DNA from: Myxococcales bacterium
GTDB lineage: Bacteria > Myxococcota_A > Polyangia > Polyangiales > DASUME01
Direction of reading: 5' to 3'
NCBI GenBank assembly: GCA_047601445.1
Contig: JASGJH010000001.1
Span: 7,104,001-7,168,000 of the forward strand
DNA length: 64,000 nucleotides
The notes under the pieces were generated by a model. It was not told the DNA's origin. It saw only the letters and a program-made list of their open reading frames with translations, and ran no database searches. Each line of letters begins with the position of its first letter. Within the stretch, counting starts at the first letter, position 1. Made by a program: the position numbers and the translations under genes. Below, one piece after another: positions 1 to 9,471 of this stretch.

Positions 1-37
1 GACCCTAGTTGGGGCCCCGATCGCGCCGTCGCCGCAA

Positions 38-220
38 TCAGCGTGTGCTCGAGGCGTGGCTGGGCGGAGTGTCGCAGCAACCGCTCCCGCACTGGCACAC
101 GTCGCCGCAGGGGCATTCGGGACCGCAGCCGCAGCCCTGGGCCTTGGTGCTCCCTGCGCGCTCGCGCGCCACCGACTTGGAGGCACTCCCGCAACCGCAA
201 CCGAGTTGTTCCTTCGTCAT
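38..220 (-). CDS. Small Cys-rich metallothionein-like protein (60 aa)
   Basis: 10 Cys as GCGCG, GCGCG, ECPC, VCQC, GCC; AAGGAG RBS (228-233, minus strand) 7 nt upstream of ATG. Confidence 0.7.
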   Translation of the reverse strand: MTKEQLGCGCGSASKSVARERAGSTKAQGCGCGPECPCGDVCQCGSGCCDTPPSHASSTR

Positions 221-570
221 CGTCGTTCTCCTTTTTGGCCATCCTGTGTGGCTGGCTTCGTAGGGGAAGACGGGTGCAAGGACCGCGTTCTTACAGCCGG
301 GGAGAATTTCGAGTGCTGCTCCAGGGGCCGGTGCCCGGGCTCACCCTAAGTTTTCGCGAGCAGGCTTCACCGTGACGACCGGCTGGAGGCTCTGGATCTC
401 GTGCGTTCCAGAGAGTTACCCTTGGGTAGTGGGCCGCGTGGCGGTCCGATGATGGTGCGGCCACCAACCTTTCCTGGGTGGCCGGTGTCGCTCGGTTGGC
501 CAATTGTGGCCGGTGGCGCTTTCAGCACATGTAAAGACCCGTGCTGTCAGCGACATAAGGCAGCGAATTC

Positions 571-978
571 GTGAGGATGATGGTGATGAGCTCGCTTTCT
601 TCGACCTTTCGCTCCCGGTTCGGCCTCGCTGTGCTCTTCGCGTGCCTGATCTCGTGCGCCAAGCCCTATGACGGCACCGACGGTGGCAGCGACATGTCCC
701 ACGGCGACGGGGGCGATGGCGATGGCGACGGGGATGGCGACGGGGACGGCGATGGCGATGGTGACCTGCCCCCGGGCGACGGCGATGGAGACCTGCCCCC
801 AGGCGACGGCGATGGGGACGTGACCCCGGGCGACGGAGACAGCGGCACCGTGGGCGATGGCGACGGCGATGTCAGCGGCGACGGCGGCATGTGCTCGCGC
901 GCCTGCACGTCGATCTTCAACTGCGACGTCTTCGGACCTTGCAAGCACTCCGCGTGCACCAACGGCATGTGCATGTAG
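571..978 (+). CDS. Putative lipoprotein with GDGD repeat tract and Cys-rich C-terminus
   Basis: Hydrophobic leader ending LISC, long (GD)n / LPPGDGDGD repeats, C-terminal 6-Cys module; exact start uncertain. Confidence 0.75.
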   Translation: MRMMVMSSLSSTFRSRFGLAVLFACLISCAKPYDGTDGGSDMSHGDGGDGDGDGDGDGDGDGDGDLPPGDGDGDLPPGDGDGDVTPGDGDSGTVGDGDGDVSGDGGMCSRACTSIFNCDVFGPCKHSACTNGMCM

Positions 979-1020
979 TGCTGCACGAGGCGCTCAACCG
1001 GGCCCCTCGAGCGACCGCAC

Positions 1021-1830
1021 TCAGCGCAGCGCCTTGAGCAAGGCGCGCGCTTCGACCTGCCGGTATGCACCCTGCTCGCCACGGGAGATGGGCAGAAGCG
1101 CTTCGCGCGCCCCAGCGTGATCGCCAAGGCGCAGCAGACAGAGCGCGCGGTTGTAGCGAGCTTCCACCGCAAGCGGCGCTTCGGGCCAGCGCAGATAGCG
1201 GTTCCAGGCTTCCAGCGCGGCCCCGTAGTCGCGGGCTACGAAATGCAGTCGGTGGGCCTCGCGATAAAGCGCTTCGTGCGAGGGCGGAGGTCGCGCGGCG
1301 GGCTCGCTCGCGTCGAGCGCACGCGGCGTCTCCGCACGGGGGCGATGAGCCCGGTGGGAGCGCGCGGGAACACCGCGTGCGCTGCTCGCTCGTGTAGGTA
1401 CCGTGCCGCTGGCGGACTCCTCCGCTTGCGGCGAGACGGTGGACGCGGCGGTAGGTGTGGAAGCCGAGCGAGGGGAGGGCTCGCTGGACAGATCCTGCCG
1501 CCGCGTCGTGTCGGCGCGACGCTCGGGTGCCCGCGGGGCATGTGCGGGCGCCGCCGGGTGGGACGAGAGCCAGCGTCTGAACACTGTGGGGACCCCGAAG
1601 AAGGCTGCGTAGGCCGTGGCCGAGAGCAGAAAGCCCAGTAGCAGTACCGCTGCGGCCTGACTGCTGTAGTAGCGACGCGGGAGGCGCGCGAGCGCGCTGG
1701 CCAGCCGGCGCGGGCGTGGCTGGTCGAGCTGGGCCGCGATGCGTTCGAAGGTCTGCGCGGCATCCGTGGCGTCGGCGCGCGTGGCGCGCAGCGCGAGGAT
1801 GGCTTCGTCGAGTGATGTCTGCCCATTCAT
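1021..1830 (-). CDS. Membrane-anchored anti-sigma-like protein with C-terminal TPR
   Basis: ATG overlaps ECF stop (ATGA); single TM, Pro/Ala linker, TPR-like 'ALEAWNRYL..EARYNRALCLLRLG'. Confidence 0.7.
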   Translation of the reverse strand: MNGQTSLDEAILALRATRADATDAAQTFERIAAQLDQPRPRRLASALARLPRRYYSSQAAAVLLLGFLLSATAYAAFFGVPTVFRRWLSSHPAAPAHAPRAPERRADTTRRQDLSSEPSPRSASTPTAASTVSPQAEESASGTVPTRASSARGVPARSHRAHRPRAETPRALDASEPAARPPPSHEALYREAHRLHFVARDYGAALEAWNRYLRWPEAPLAVEARYNRALCLLRLGDHAGAREALLPISRGEQGAYRQVEARALLKALR

Positions 1831-2420
1831 GGCGCACCTCCCAGGAGTTCGCCCAGCCGCTTGCGCGCATGGAACACCCGCGTGCGCACGGTGGCCGCGG
1901 GGATCTCGAGGATGCGCGCGGCCTCTTCCGAAGAGAGCTCTTCGACTTCGCACAGCACGAACGCGGCGCGTTGGGCCAGCGGCAGTACGTCGAGGGCCGC
2001 GCTCAGTCGGCGCGCGAGCTCACGGCGCCGGATTTCCTCGGGCAGGAAGCGCCCCTGGCGCTCCGTCTCTTGCGCCAGGCGCATCATCGCGCGTCGACGC
2101 CGGGTGGCGGCGCGCAGGTGACGCTGACAGCGGTGCACTGCGATGGCGCGCAGGAAGGTGAGCAGAGAGCACTCGCCGCGGTAGCGCGAGAGGTCCCGTC
2201 CGAGTTCGACGAACACATCGTGCACGAGGTCCTCTGCCGCGCTGGAGTCACCAAGCAAGCGCCAGCAGAAGTCGCGCAGGGCCACGTGGTGCTCGGTGTA
2301 CAGCTCCGCCAGGGCCGCCCGGTCTCCGCGCGCCGCGCGCGCGAGGCGCACGTCGGCACGCTGCGAGCCGTTTTCGGTCGCGAGCGAGAGGTTGAGGGTA
2401 TCGGAGATCCCGTCACGCAT
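1827..2420 (-). CDS. ECF sigma-70 factor
   Basis: Region 2 'AEDLVHDVF', region 4 'EAARILEIPAATVRTRVFHARKRL'; start overlaps the upstream stop (TGATG). Confidence 0.9.
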   Translation of the reverse strand: MRDGISDTLNLSLATENGSQRADVRLARAARGDRAALAELYTEHHVALRDFCWRLLGDSSAAEDLVHDVFVELGRDLSRYRGECSLLTFLRAIAVHRCQRHLRAATRRRRAMMRLAQETERQGRFLPEEIRRRELARRLSAALDVLPLAQRAAFVLCEVEELSSEEAARILEIPAATVRTRVFHARKRLGELLGGAP

Positions 2421-3523
2421 CAGAAGCCCATCGCATAGCCGAGTTGAATCGAGCCGCCAAAGCCGGGGCTGACGTAGTCTCTGTCGCCCGCCGGGATCTC
2501 GAACTCGCTCGGCAGGACGTCCCAGGCACCACGCAAGAGCAGTGTGCGCCGCGCGCGCAGCCGCAGACCCGCCGTGAAGCGGACGCCCACGAGCAGAGCT
2601 GCGTTGCTGCCCGAGATGCGTCCAGCGTCGGCCGGCGTGCCTGCCATGGCGAAGCCTGCCCGGGCCCCGAGCTGCAGATACCCCTGCTCGCGCCGCAACA
2701 GATCCACGTCCAGGGAGAGCGGCACGGCGAAGGTCATCAAGGTGCGCATGTGCCAATCGCTGGTGTTCGGGGTGACAAGTCCCGCGCTGCCTCCCTGGGC
2801 GCTCAACGTGAAAAAAGGGGGGCTTTTCGCATTGGCCCGTCCTGCTGAACCGTCCACGGCCAAGCCGAGCTCGATGCGCCCAAACCGCCGAGAGACCTGC
2901 AGTGTCAGCACGCCATACAGGAGCGGATGAGCGCCGCCTCCGGCCAACAGTGTCACGGCCCACGGCGCTTCGGCTTGCTCGGCGGCGAGATTGGGCAAGG
3001 CCGCAGCGGGTAGCGTCGACGGTGACGGCTTGGGTGGCGGGGCGGCTGCCGCGGGTACGGCGCTCGCTGCGGGCTCGTGTAGATCGGCCAGTAGCTGGGA
3101 CGCCTCGTCGCGTACCATGTTGGAGGCCAGCTGGGCCACCAGCTCAGGCACGGGCGTGGACGCGGTGAGGGCCGCGCTGCGCGTCATCCGCCGCCGCTCC
3201 GGCTGGTAGGTCAGCTCCAGGTCACCTCCAGCGCCAATCCCGACGCCGAGCGTGGGCGCCGCCGCCGATCCACTCTCCGCGATCGACATGCCGAGCTCGC
3301 GGGCAAGCGCCTGGCGGATGGCCGCCTGGTCCAGCGGGGCTGCAGAAGGTTCGAAGGTCACCACCAGTTGCCCGGGCAGCTCCGAGATCTCTGCGCGCGC
3401 GGTGGCGCCCCACAGGGCCGCCACGAGCCACCAACACGCGGCCAGCACCTGGAGACCGCGCGCCCAGGGCTGCACGCATCTCGAAGGTAGGCGGCGTAGA
3501 AATAGGGGGGCCTCGAGCTTCAT
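2420..3523 (-). CDS. Secreted/outer-membrane protein, first gene of ECF operon
   Basis: Signal peptide (ARA|E), Pro-rich linker, amphipathic beta-strand C-terminus ending in F. Confidence 0.65.
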   Translation of the reverse strand: MKLEAPLFLRRLPSRCVQPWARGLQVLAACWWLVAALWGATARAEISELPGQLVVTFEPSAAPLDQAAIRQALARELGMSIAESGSAAAPTLGVGIGAGGDLELTYQPERRRMTRSAALTASTPVPELVAQLASNMVRDEASQLLADLHEPAASAVPAAAAPPPKPSPSTLPAAALPNLAAEQAEAPWAVTLLAGGGAHPLLYGVLTLQVSRRFGRIELGLAVDGSAGRANAKSPPFFTLSAQGGSAGLVTPNTSDWHMRTLMTFAVPLSLDVDLLRREQGYLQLGARAGFAMAGTPADAGRISGSNAALLVGVRFTAGLRLRARRTLLLRGAWDVLPSEFEIPAGDRDYVSPGFGGSIQLGYAMGF

Positions 3524-3635
3524 CGCAAGCGTAGTCTCCGTAGCCCCCAGGGTTGTTCATTCGTCCGCCACGAAAAACGCGCTTTCACCCCGGCCGCACC
3601 AGCCCCGACCAGGCCTGCGCTAAGCTGCTGGCCCG

Positions 3636-4196
3636 ATGTCCGCCACGTTGTCCATGCTTCGCGCCGCCCTGCTCGATCCGCCGTCGAACGCCGACTTGCA
3701 GGCACCCGTGCGCACGCCCACGCGCGCCTGGCCCTGGCTCTGCGACAGCCTCGGGCACGTGAACAACGTGCGCTACCTCGACGTGGCCCAGGACGGGCGC
3801 ATCTGGTGGCTGGCTCGGATGGGACTCCTGCGCGGCGTCCTGCGCGGGCGCCTGTCGTTCCTGGTCGCGGGGATGAGCGGGCTCTATCGACGTGCCATTC
3901 CGCGCATGGAACCGTTCACCGTCGAGACCAGACTCGTCGCCTTCGATCAGCGCTTCGTGTGTTACTTGCAGACGTTTACGCTCTCGCACGCTCCGCAAGG
4001 CCAAGTTGCGGCGCGCTTCCTGTGTCGAGGCCAGCTGCGCGACGCACAGGGAGCGCTCGAACCCGCGGCCTGCATGAGACGCTTCGGCCTGGAGCTCCCC
4101 GCCTTGCCCGAGCCGCCGCCCGACGTCACCGCGTGGCTCGCCGCGCAGGACGCCGCCCTCGACGAAGTGCGCGCCCAGGATCGCCAGCGGGGCTGA
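3636..4196 (+). CDS. Acyl-CoA thioesterase (4HBT/hot-dog family)
   Basis: 'CDSLGHVNNVRYL' matches the D-x2-GHxNN-x2-Y motif. Confidence 0.85.
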   Translation: MSATLSMLRAALLDPPSNADLQAPVRTPTRAWPWLCDSLGHVNNVRYLDVAQDGRIWWLARMGLLRGVLRGRLSFLVAGMSGLYRRAIPRMEPFTVETRLVAFDQRFVCYLQTFTLSHAPQGQVAARFLCRGQLRDAQGALEPAACMRRFGLELPALPEPPPDVTAWLAAQDAALDEVRAQDRQRG

Positions 4197-4205
4197 CCTT
4201 ACCCC

Positions 4206-4221
4206 GGGCAAGAGACTTGCA
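4206..4221 (+). promoter_or_regulatory. Putative sigma54 -24/-12 promoter for GH15 gene
   Basis: GGGCAAGAGACTTGCA = GG-N10-GC with GGCA..TTGC, about 100 nt before ATG 4324. Confidence 0.5.
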
Positions 4222-4323
4222 TGAGTCCCCTGCCATGTCCTCGTTGGCCGCCGATTTGGGCCGAGAACCGCCTCACCGTGGCGAAGCGCCCCACGGCGAC
4301 TCCGTGCGCGCGGGGAGGTTCGC

Positions 4324-6117
4324 ATGAGCTTGCCGCTCGAGGACTACGCGCTGATCGGCGACTTGCATACGGCGGCCCTGGTGGGCAGAAACGGCTCCAT
4401 CGATTGGCTGTGTTTTCCGCGCTTCGACGGGGTCGCTTGCTTCGCGAAGCTGCTCGGCGACGAACACAACGGCTACTTCGTCATCGCGCCCGATGACACG
4501 AGCGCGCGCGTGAGCCGCCGCTACAGCCCGGAAACGCTGGTGCTTGAGACGGAGTTCGAGACCGACACGGGCGTGGTGCGCGTGATCGACTTCATGCCGC
4601 CGCGTACGCGCTCCCCAGACCTCGTGCGCCTCGTGGTGGGCGTGGCCGGGCGCGTGCCCATGCGACTCACCTGTGCTCCGCGCTTCGACTACGGGGAAGT
4701 GACGCCATGGATCATCAGCGCGGGCCGCGACGTTCACAAGATGGTGGCGGGCCCCCATTGCCTCGAGCTGCGTGCCCCGTATCCACTCGAGCTCCACGAC
4801 GGCGCCTTGCACGCGACCTTCGACATCTCGGCGGGCCAACGCAGCCCCTTCGTGCTCACCTGGTATCCCTCGCACCAGAACGCTCCCAAGCCCATCGAGC
4901 CCGAAAAAGAGCTCGATCACACCATCGATTTTTGGACGCAGTGGGTGAAGCGCTGCACCTATCACGGGCCCTACCGCGACGCAGTCGTGCGTTCCCTGAT
5001 CACGCTCAAGGCCATGACCTATCAGCCCACGGGAGGCGTGGTGGCCGCCGTGACCACCTCGCTGCCCGAGCAATGGCAGGGGCCTCGCAACTGGGACTAC
5101 CGCTTCTGTTGGCTGCGCGATGCGACCTTCACGCTCTACGCGCTGCTCACGGCGGGGTATGAAGACGAGGCGCGCGCCTGGCGTGACTGGCTCCTGCGCG
5201 CCGTGGCGGGGGAGCCCTCCAAGCTGCAGATCATGTACGGGCTCGCCGGCGAGCGCAGGTTGACCGAGGAGACGCTCGACTGGCTGCCCGGCTACGAAGG
5301 CGCGAAGCCCGTGCGCATCGGGAACGCTGCTCATTCCCAGTTCCAGCTCGACGTCTTCGGCGAAGTGATGGACATGCTGCACGGCGCGGCCCGCGCTGGC
5401 GTCGTGCCGGATCACGACGAGTGGGCGCTCGAGAGAGAGCTCCTGTGTGAGCTCGAAACGCGCTGGCGCGAGCCCGACGACGGAATCTGGGAGATGCGCG
5501 GAGGGCCCAGGCACTTCACTCACTCCAAGGTCATGGCCTGGGTGGCCTTCGACCGCGGTATCAAGACGGCCGAGCGCTTCGGGCTCCATGCGCCCCTCGC
5601 CGAGTGGCACGCGACGCGTCGGACCATCCACGACGACGTCTGCGCACGCGCGTACAATCCGCACAAGCAAGCGTTCACGCAGGTCTACGGGGGGCACGAA
5701 CTCGACGCGAGCTTGCTCGCGATGCCGCACCTTGGGTTCCTGCCCGCAACCGATCCACGTGTTCGCTCGACCGTCGAGGCCATCGCCAGGGAGCTCACCG
5801 TCGATGGCTTCGTGCTTCGCTACAACACCGAGCGCGTCGGCGACGGCTTACCGCCTGGCGAGGGGACCTTCCTCCTGTGCACCTTCTGGCTGGCGGACGA
5901 CCTGGCCCTGCTGGGGGAATATGGGCAGGCGACCGAGCTCTTCGAACGCTTGCTCTCCCTGCGCAACGACCTGGGCCTCCTCTCGGAGCAGTATGATCCG
6001 CGGACGCGACGCCTCCTGGGAAACTTCCCACAGGCTTTCTCGCACGTGGCCCTGGTCAATACCGCCTTCAACCTGAGCTCCATCGACGGACCGGCTCGCG
6101 ATCGATCCAAACACTGA
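4324..6117 (+). CDS. Glycoside hydrolase family 15 (glucoamylase/trehalase-like)
   Basis: 'TTSLPE', 'RNWDYRFCWLRDA', 'GIWEMRG', 'LGNFPQAFSH'; GGAGG RBS. Confidence 0.95.
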   Translation: MSLPLEDYALIGDLHTAALVGRNGSIDWLCFPRFDGVACFAKLLGDEHNGYFVIAPDDTSARVSRRYSPETLVLETEFETDTGVVRVIDFMPPRTRSPDLVRLVVGVAGRVPMRLTCAPRFDYGEVTPWIISAGRDVHKMVAGPHCLELRAPYPLELHDGALHATFDISAGQRSPFVLTWYPSHQNAPKPIEPEKELDHTIDFWTQWVKRCTYHGPYRDAVVRSLITLKAMTYQPTGGVVAAVTTSLPEQWQGPRNWDYRFCWLRDATFTLYALLTAGYEDEARAWRDWLLRAVAGEPSKLQIMYGLAGERRLTEETLDWLPGYEGAKPVRIGNAAHSQFQLDVFGEVMDMLHGAARAGVVPDHDEWALERELLCELETRWREPDDGIWEMRGGPRHFTHSKVMAWVAFDRGIKTAERFGLHAPLAEWHATRRTIHDDVCARAYNPHKQAFTQVYGGHELDASLLAMPHLGFLPATDPRVRSTVEAIARELTVDGFVLRYNTERVGDGLPPGEGTFLLCTFWLADDLALLGEYGQATELFERLLSLRNDLGLLSEQYDPRTRRLLGNFPQAFSHVALVNTAFNLSSIDGPARDRSKH

Positions 6118-6131
6118 GCTAGTCTTCTGCC

Positions 6132-7253
6132 GTGGGACATCTGGTACCAGCCCGTGTCGACGTCGCCGTGATCGGAGCAGGCGTGATCGGCCTTGCCGTG
6201 GCCCGTGAGTTCGCGCTGCGTGGTCGCGAGGTGGTGGTGCTGGAGGCCGAGCGTAGCTTCGGGCAGCACACCAGCTCGCGCAACTCCGAGGTGATCCATG
6301 CAGGGCTCTACTATCCTGGCGGCTCGCTCAAGGCTCGACTGTGCGTGCGCGGCAAGCATGCTCTGTACGCGTTCTGCGAGCGGCACGCGGTGGCGCACCG
6401 GCGGGTCGGCAAGCTGATCGTAGCCACCGCCGAGGAAGAGCTGCCCGCCCTCGAGCGCATTCGCGAACAGGCCGCGCGCAACGGTGTGTCCGATTTGGTG
6501 AGCTTGAGTGCGGCCGACGTGCGTGAGCTCGAGCCCGCACTGAGTGCACTCGGCGGGCTGTGGTCTCCCAGTACGGGCATCGTCGATAGTCACGGTGTGA
6601 TGGGGGCGCTCAAGCGCGACCTCGAGGACCACGGTGGCAGCGTGGCTTTCGGGTGCGCCATGACTTCCGGGCAGGTCTTGACCTCGGGCGGTTTCGAGCT
6701 CGCGTTCGAACGCCAGCCTCCGCTCTCGTGCAGCGTGCTCATCAACGCGGCCGGTCTGTTCGCGTCACGCGTGGCGCGCAGCATCGTCGGACTCCAGCGC
6801 GAGCAGGTGCCAGAGACCTACTACGCCAAGGGACACTACTTCACGCTGCGTGGTCCGAGTCCATTCTCGCACCTGGTGTACCCGGTGCCCGTCGCCCACG
6901 GTCTCGGCACGCACGTAACATTGGACCTCGCCGGCCGTGCTCGTTTCGGTCCCGACGTCTCGTGGCTCGCGGACGTGGACTACAGCTTCGACGAGGAGCG
7001 CGCGCGCAGTTTCTACCCTTCGATTCGACGTTACTATCCGGCACTTGCCGACGGCGCCCTCGTGCCGGCGTACACGGGCATCCGTCCCAAGCTCGGACCA
7101 GCCGGTTCCCCGGCGAGCGACTTCGTCTTGCAGGGCGCGCGCGAGCACGGCGTGTCGGGGCTCGTGAATCTCTTCGGCATCGAGTCGCCCGGGCTCACTG
7201 CGTCGCTCGCGCTGGCCGAAGAGGTGGCCGCGCTGATTCCGCCGGTCACCTAG
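6132..7253 (+). CDS. FAD-dependent oxidoreductase, L-2-hydroxyglutarate oxidase (LhgO) family
   Basis: GAGVIG Rossmann motif, 'TSSRNSEVIHAGLYY', 'GIESPGLT'. Confidence 0.9.
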   Translation: MGHLVPARVDVAVIGAGVIGLAVAREFALRGREVVVLEAERSFGQHTSSRNSEVIHAGLYYPGGSLKARLCVRGKHALYAFCERHAVAHRRVGKLIVATAEEELPALERIREQAARNGVSDLVSLSAADVRELEPALSALGGLWSPSTGIVDSHGVMGALKRDLEDHGGSVAFGCAMTSGQVLTSGGFELAFERQPPLSCSVLINAAGLFASRVARSIVGLQREQVPETYYAKGHYFTLRGPSPFSHLVYPVPVAHGLGTHVTLDLAGRARFGPDVSWLADVDYSFDEERARSFYPSIRRYYPALADGALVPAYTGIRPKLGPAGSPASDFVLQGAREHGVSGLVNLFGIESPGLTASLALAEEVAALIPPVT

Positions 7254-7259
7254 ATAGCG

Positions 7260-7646
7260 CTATTCGCGCGGCTTGTTGCGTGTGAGCTTCTCGGTGGTCC
7301 GACCGTCTGCAGTTTGCGCGTTCGTCTCGCCGCTGCGACCACTCTCGAGCAGCGCTTGCGCGAAGCCGGCCGAGGGCGGGATGGTGATGGACTGCTGCGG
7401 CTGACTCGCTGGTGCCGTCGGAGGTGTCGACGCGCGTGGCGGCGCCTCGGAGCCCACCACCTCGATCAATCCGAGTGCGATCAGGGCGCGCACGCGGCGC
7501 GCCGTCTCGTCGCGTGAACAGGGAGAAATGTCCGTCAGTTCGGCCGGCGTTAGCGCGCTATCCAGGCGCGACACCAGGAACATGTCCAGGGAGTCCAGTT
7601 GGTAGTTCTGCAGGCCCGCGACGCCTGCCCGCGTGCGCAACCTCAT
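7260..7646 (-). CDS. Hypothetical winged-helix-like protein
   Basis: 'DMFLVSRLDSALTPAELTDIS..ETARRVRALIALGLIE' looks like a wHTH; start uncertain. Confidence 0.55.
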   Translation of the reverse strand: MRLRTRAGVAGLQNYQLDSLDMFLVSRLDSALTPAELTDISPCSRDETARRVRALIALGLIEVVGSEAPPRASTPPTAPASQPQQSITIPPSAGFAQALLESGRSGETNAQTADGRTTEKLTRNKPRE

Positions 7647-7975
7647 GGCCACTGCCCTGGCTCGGAGCAGCCGCCTGACAGCGGGCATCCGCCGAGAGCT
7701 GGTCTGACCACCGCGCGCGCCACCCTGTTTTTCTGGAACGGGTCCACATGAGCTGCAATGCAGTTCACGCCCGGAATTCCGGAAAAAATGTTGTTCGCAG
7801 CGCACAAGCCCCGTGGTTTGACCCATGAGGGCTCGTATTACATGCCTCTTCGAGTCAGTGCGTGCGCGCAGCTTGCCCCGCGAGTCGCTCGTGGCTTGGC
7901 GTCGCGAACCCGTTCGCCTCGTGGACTTGCTTCGCCAAGGCGCTTGCGCCTTGGGTCGGATTCATGGCGTCGGGT

Positions 7976-8614
7976 TCAATCTTCGCGCTCACGAACGGTG
8001 TTCGAGGCGGCCGGCGAGGTCGGCTTCGTGCTCGCCGCAAGCAGCACGGTCGCCTTCGGCGCAGAGGCCTTGCTCAACTTGGACACGCTGCTGCTAGGCG
8101 CGCGTAGGCCGTAAAAGATGTTGCGCGTGTAGCCGCAGCTCACGGGTCGCATGCCGGCGGCTGGACGATCCATGGCGCCGCCCCAATGCATGGCGCCGGG
8201 GCACGGGTCCCTGAGCTTGCCCTGACTGAAGCGCTCCACCAGGGCGCGTACCTGATCCCAGCGCTGGGCGTAAGGACCTTCGATGGGACCCCATGGAAGC
8301 GAACGCAGCCATGCGGAGCGCGCGCCGAGGTCTCGACGCAGCGGGGAAGAGTAGAGCGCGATGTACTGCTGGAAGGTGGCTTCCGGATGATGCGTACGGT
8401 AGATGGGCCAGCGCTTGGCCAACACGAACGCGATCGCAACGTGGTCGGGCGCATGCCAGTCGGCTTCTCCCACCATGGCGCGAGCGAGCGTGAGTTTCGT
8501 GGGGTCGTCGAGTTCTTCACCGACATCAAGGAAGGGTCGCGCAGAGGCCTGCGCCGTGACCATCAGGGACAGTGCTGCCAGGAACAGCGAAATGAGTGTG
8601 CGTCTCATTCGCAT
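7976..8614 (-). CDS. Secreted protein, divergent SleB/CwlJ (Hydrolase_2) cell-wall hydrolase-like
   Basis: Signal peptide; 'LARAMVGEA', 'VAIAFVLAKR', 'DPCPGAMHW', 'RNIFY' echo SleB motifs. Confidence 0.55.
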   Translation of the reverse strand: MRMRRTLISLFLAALSLMVTAQASARPFLDVGEELDDPTKLTLARAMVGEADWHAPDHVAIAFVLAKRWPIYRTHHPEATFQQYIALYSSPLRRDLGARSAWLRSLPWGPIEGPYAQRWDQVRALVERFSQGKLRDPCPGAMHWGGAMDRPAAGMRPVSCGYTRNIFYGLRAPSSSVSKLSKASAPKATVLLAASTKPTSPAASNTVRERED

Positions 8615-8893
8615 CTGCTTGTGCAGATACCGGGCCGCCGAAACAAAACTCACATGGTGGAGCCGAATGGCGACGGTGCCTGGTTCGGGCGATCGTCCCC
8701 TGCAACCCGGCTGGCGGCCCGAGATTGCGCGGTTTTGAGCTCCCCTAACTCAAGACTTGGCAACACTGCTCGTCGCCCACTGCGGCACGCACTCACAGTT
8801 TACAGAACAGCGCGAAGAGCGAGGCGTTTTTCCACTTTTGAGGCGGGCCGCCACCGCCAATCGAGCCGCGTGTGTCGCGCTTACCAGGGGCGC

Positions 8894-9403
8894 TCAAGCT
8901 TCGCGGTAGGGCATGGGACCGAGGTAGTCCTTCTTCCCGACGTCGATGCCGTTGTGCCGCAAAATGGAGTAGGCCGTGGTGACGTGGAAGTAGAAGTTCG
9001 GCACCATGTGCTGAAGCGCGAACTCCTGGCCGCTGAGGGTCTTGCCGGCCCAGCGCGGCTGCGTGATGCGGCGCTCTGCGGCGCCCGCGAAGTCGCTGGG
9101 GCCCAAGGTGGCGAGATATTCGAGCGTCTTGGCGATACGCGCCTTGGCATCGGACAGCGTCTTTTCGTTGTCTTCGTGGACCGGCGGTTCCTTGCCCGTC
9201 AGGCGCGCGGCCCCGGCTTTGGCCGTGTCACAGGCGATCTGGATCTGCCTCATCAGCGCGAACTGATCGGGCGCCAGGCGCGACTGCAGCAGCACTTCGG
9301 GCTCGTATTTCTTCGATTCTGCGTGGACCTGAGCCTTGTCGAGGATGGCGCTCAGGTTGTGCAACATCTTGGTGAACTGGGTAATGGTGATGTCGTGGAG
9401 CAT
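8894..9403 (-). CDS. DUF1993 family protein
   Basis: 'RLAPDQFAL..QIQIACD', 'PNFYFHVTTAYSILRHNG..GKKDYLG'. Confidence 0.92.
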   Translation of the reverse strand: MLHDITITQFTKMLHNLSAILDKAQVHAESKKYEPEVLLQSRLAPDQFALMRQIQIACDTAKAGAARLTGKEPPVHEDNEKTLSDAKARIAKTLEYLATLGPSDFAGAAERRITQPRWAGKTLSGQEFALQHMVPNFYFHVTTAYSILRHNGIDVGKKDYLGPMPYREA

Positions 9404-9419
9404 GGGCCCAAGTCATAGA

Positions 9420-9448
9420 GGCCAGCCTTGCCTTCAGCAAGGCTGGCC
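9420..9448. terminator. 12-bp perfect hairpin downstream of MYXO-CTERM gene
   Basis: GGCCAGCCTTGC-CTTCA-GCAAGGCTGGCC; no clear U-tract. Confidence 0.45.
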
Positions 9449-9471
9449 CGTGCTCGTGCCCGCCCCCGGCC

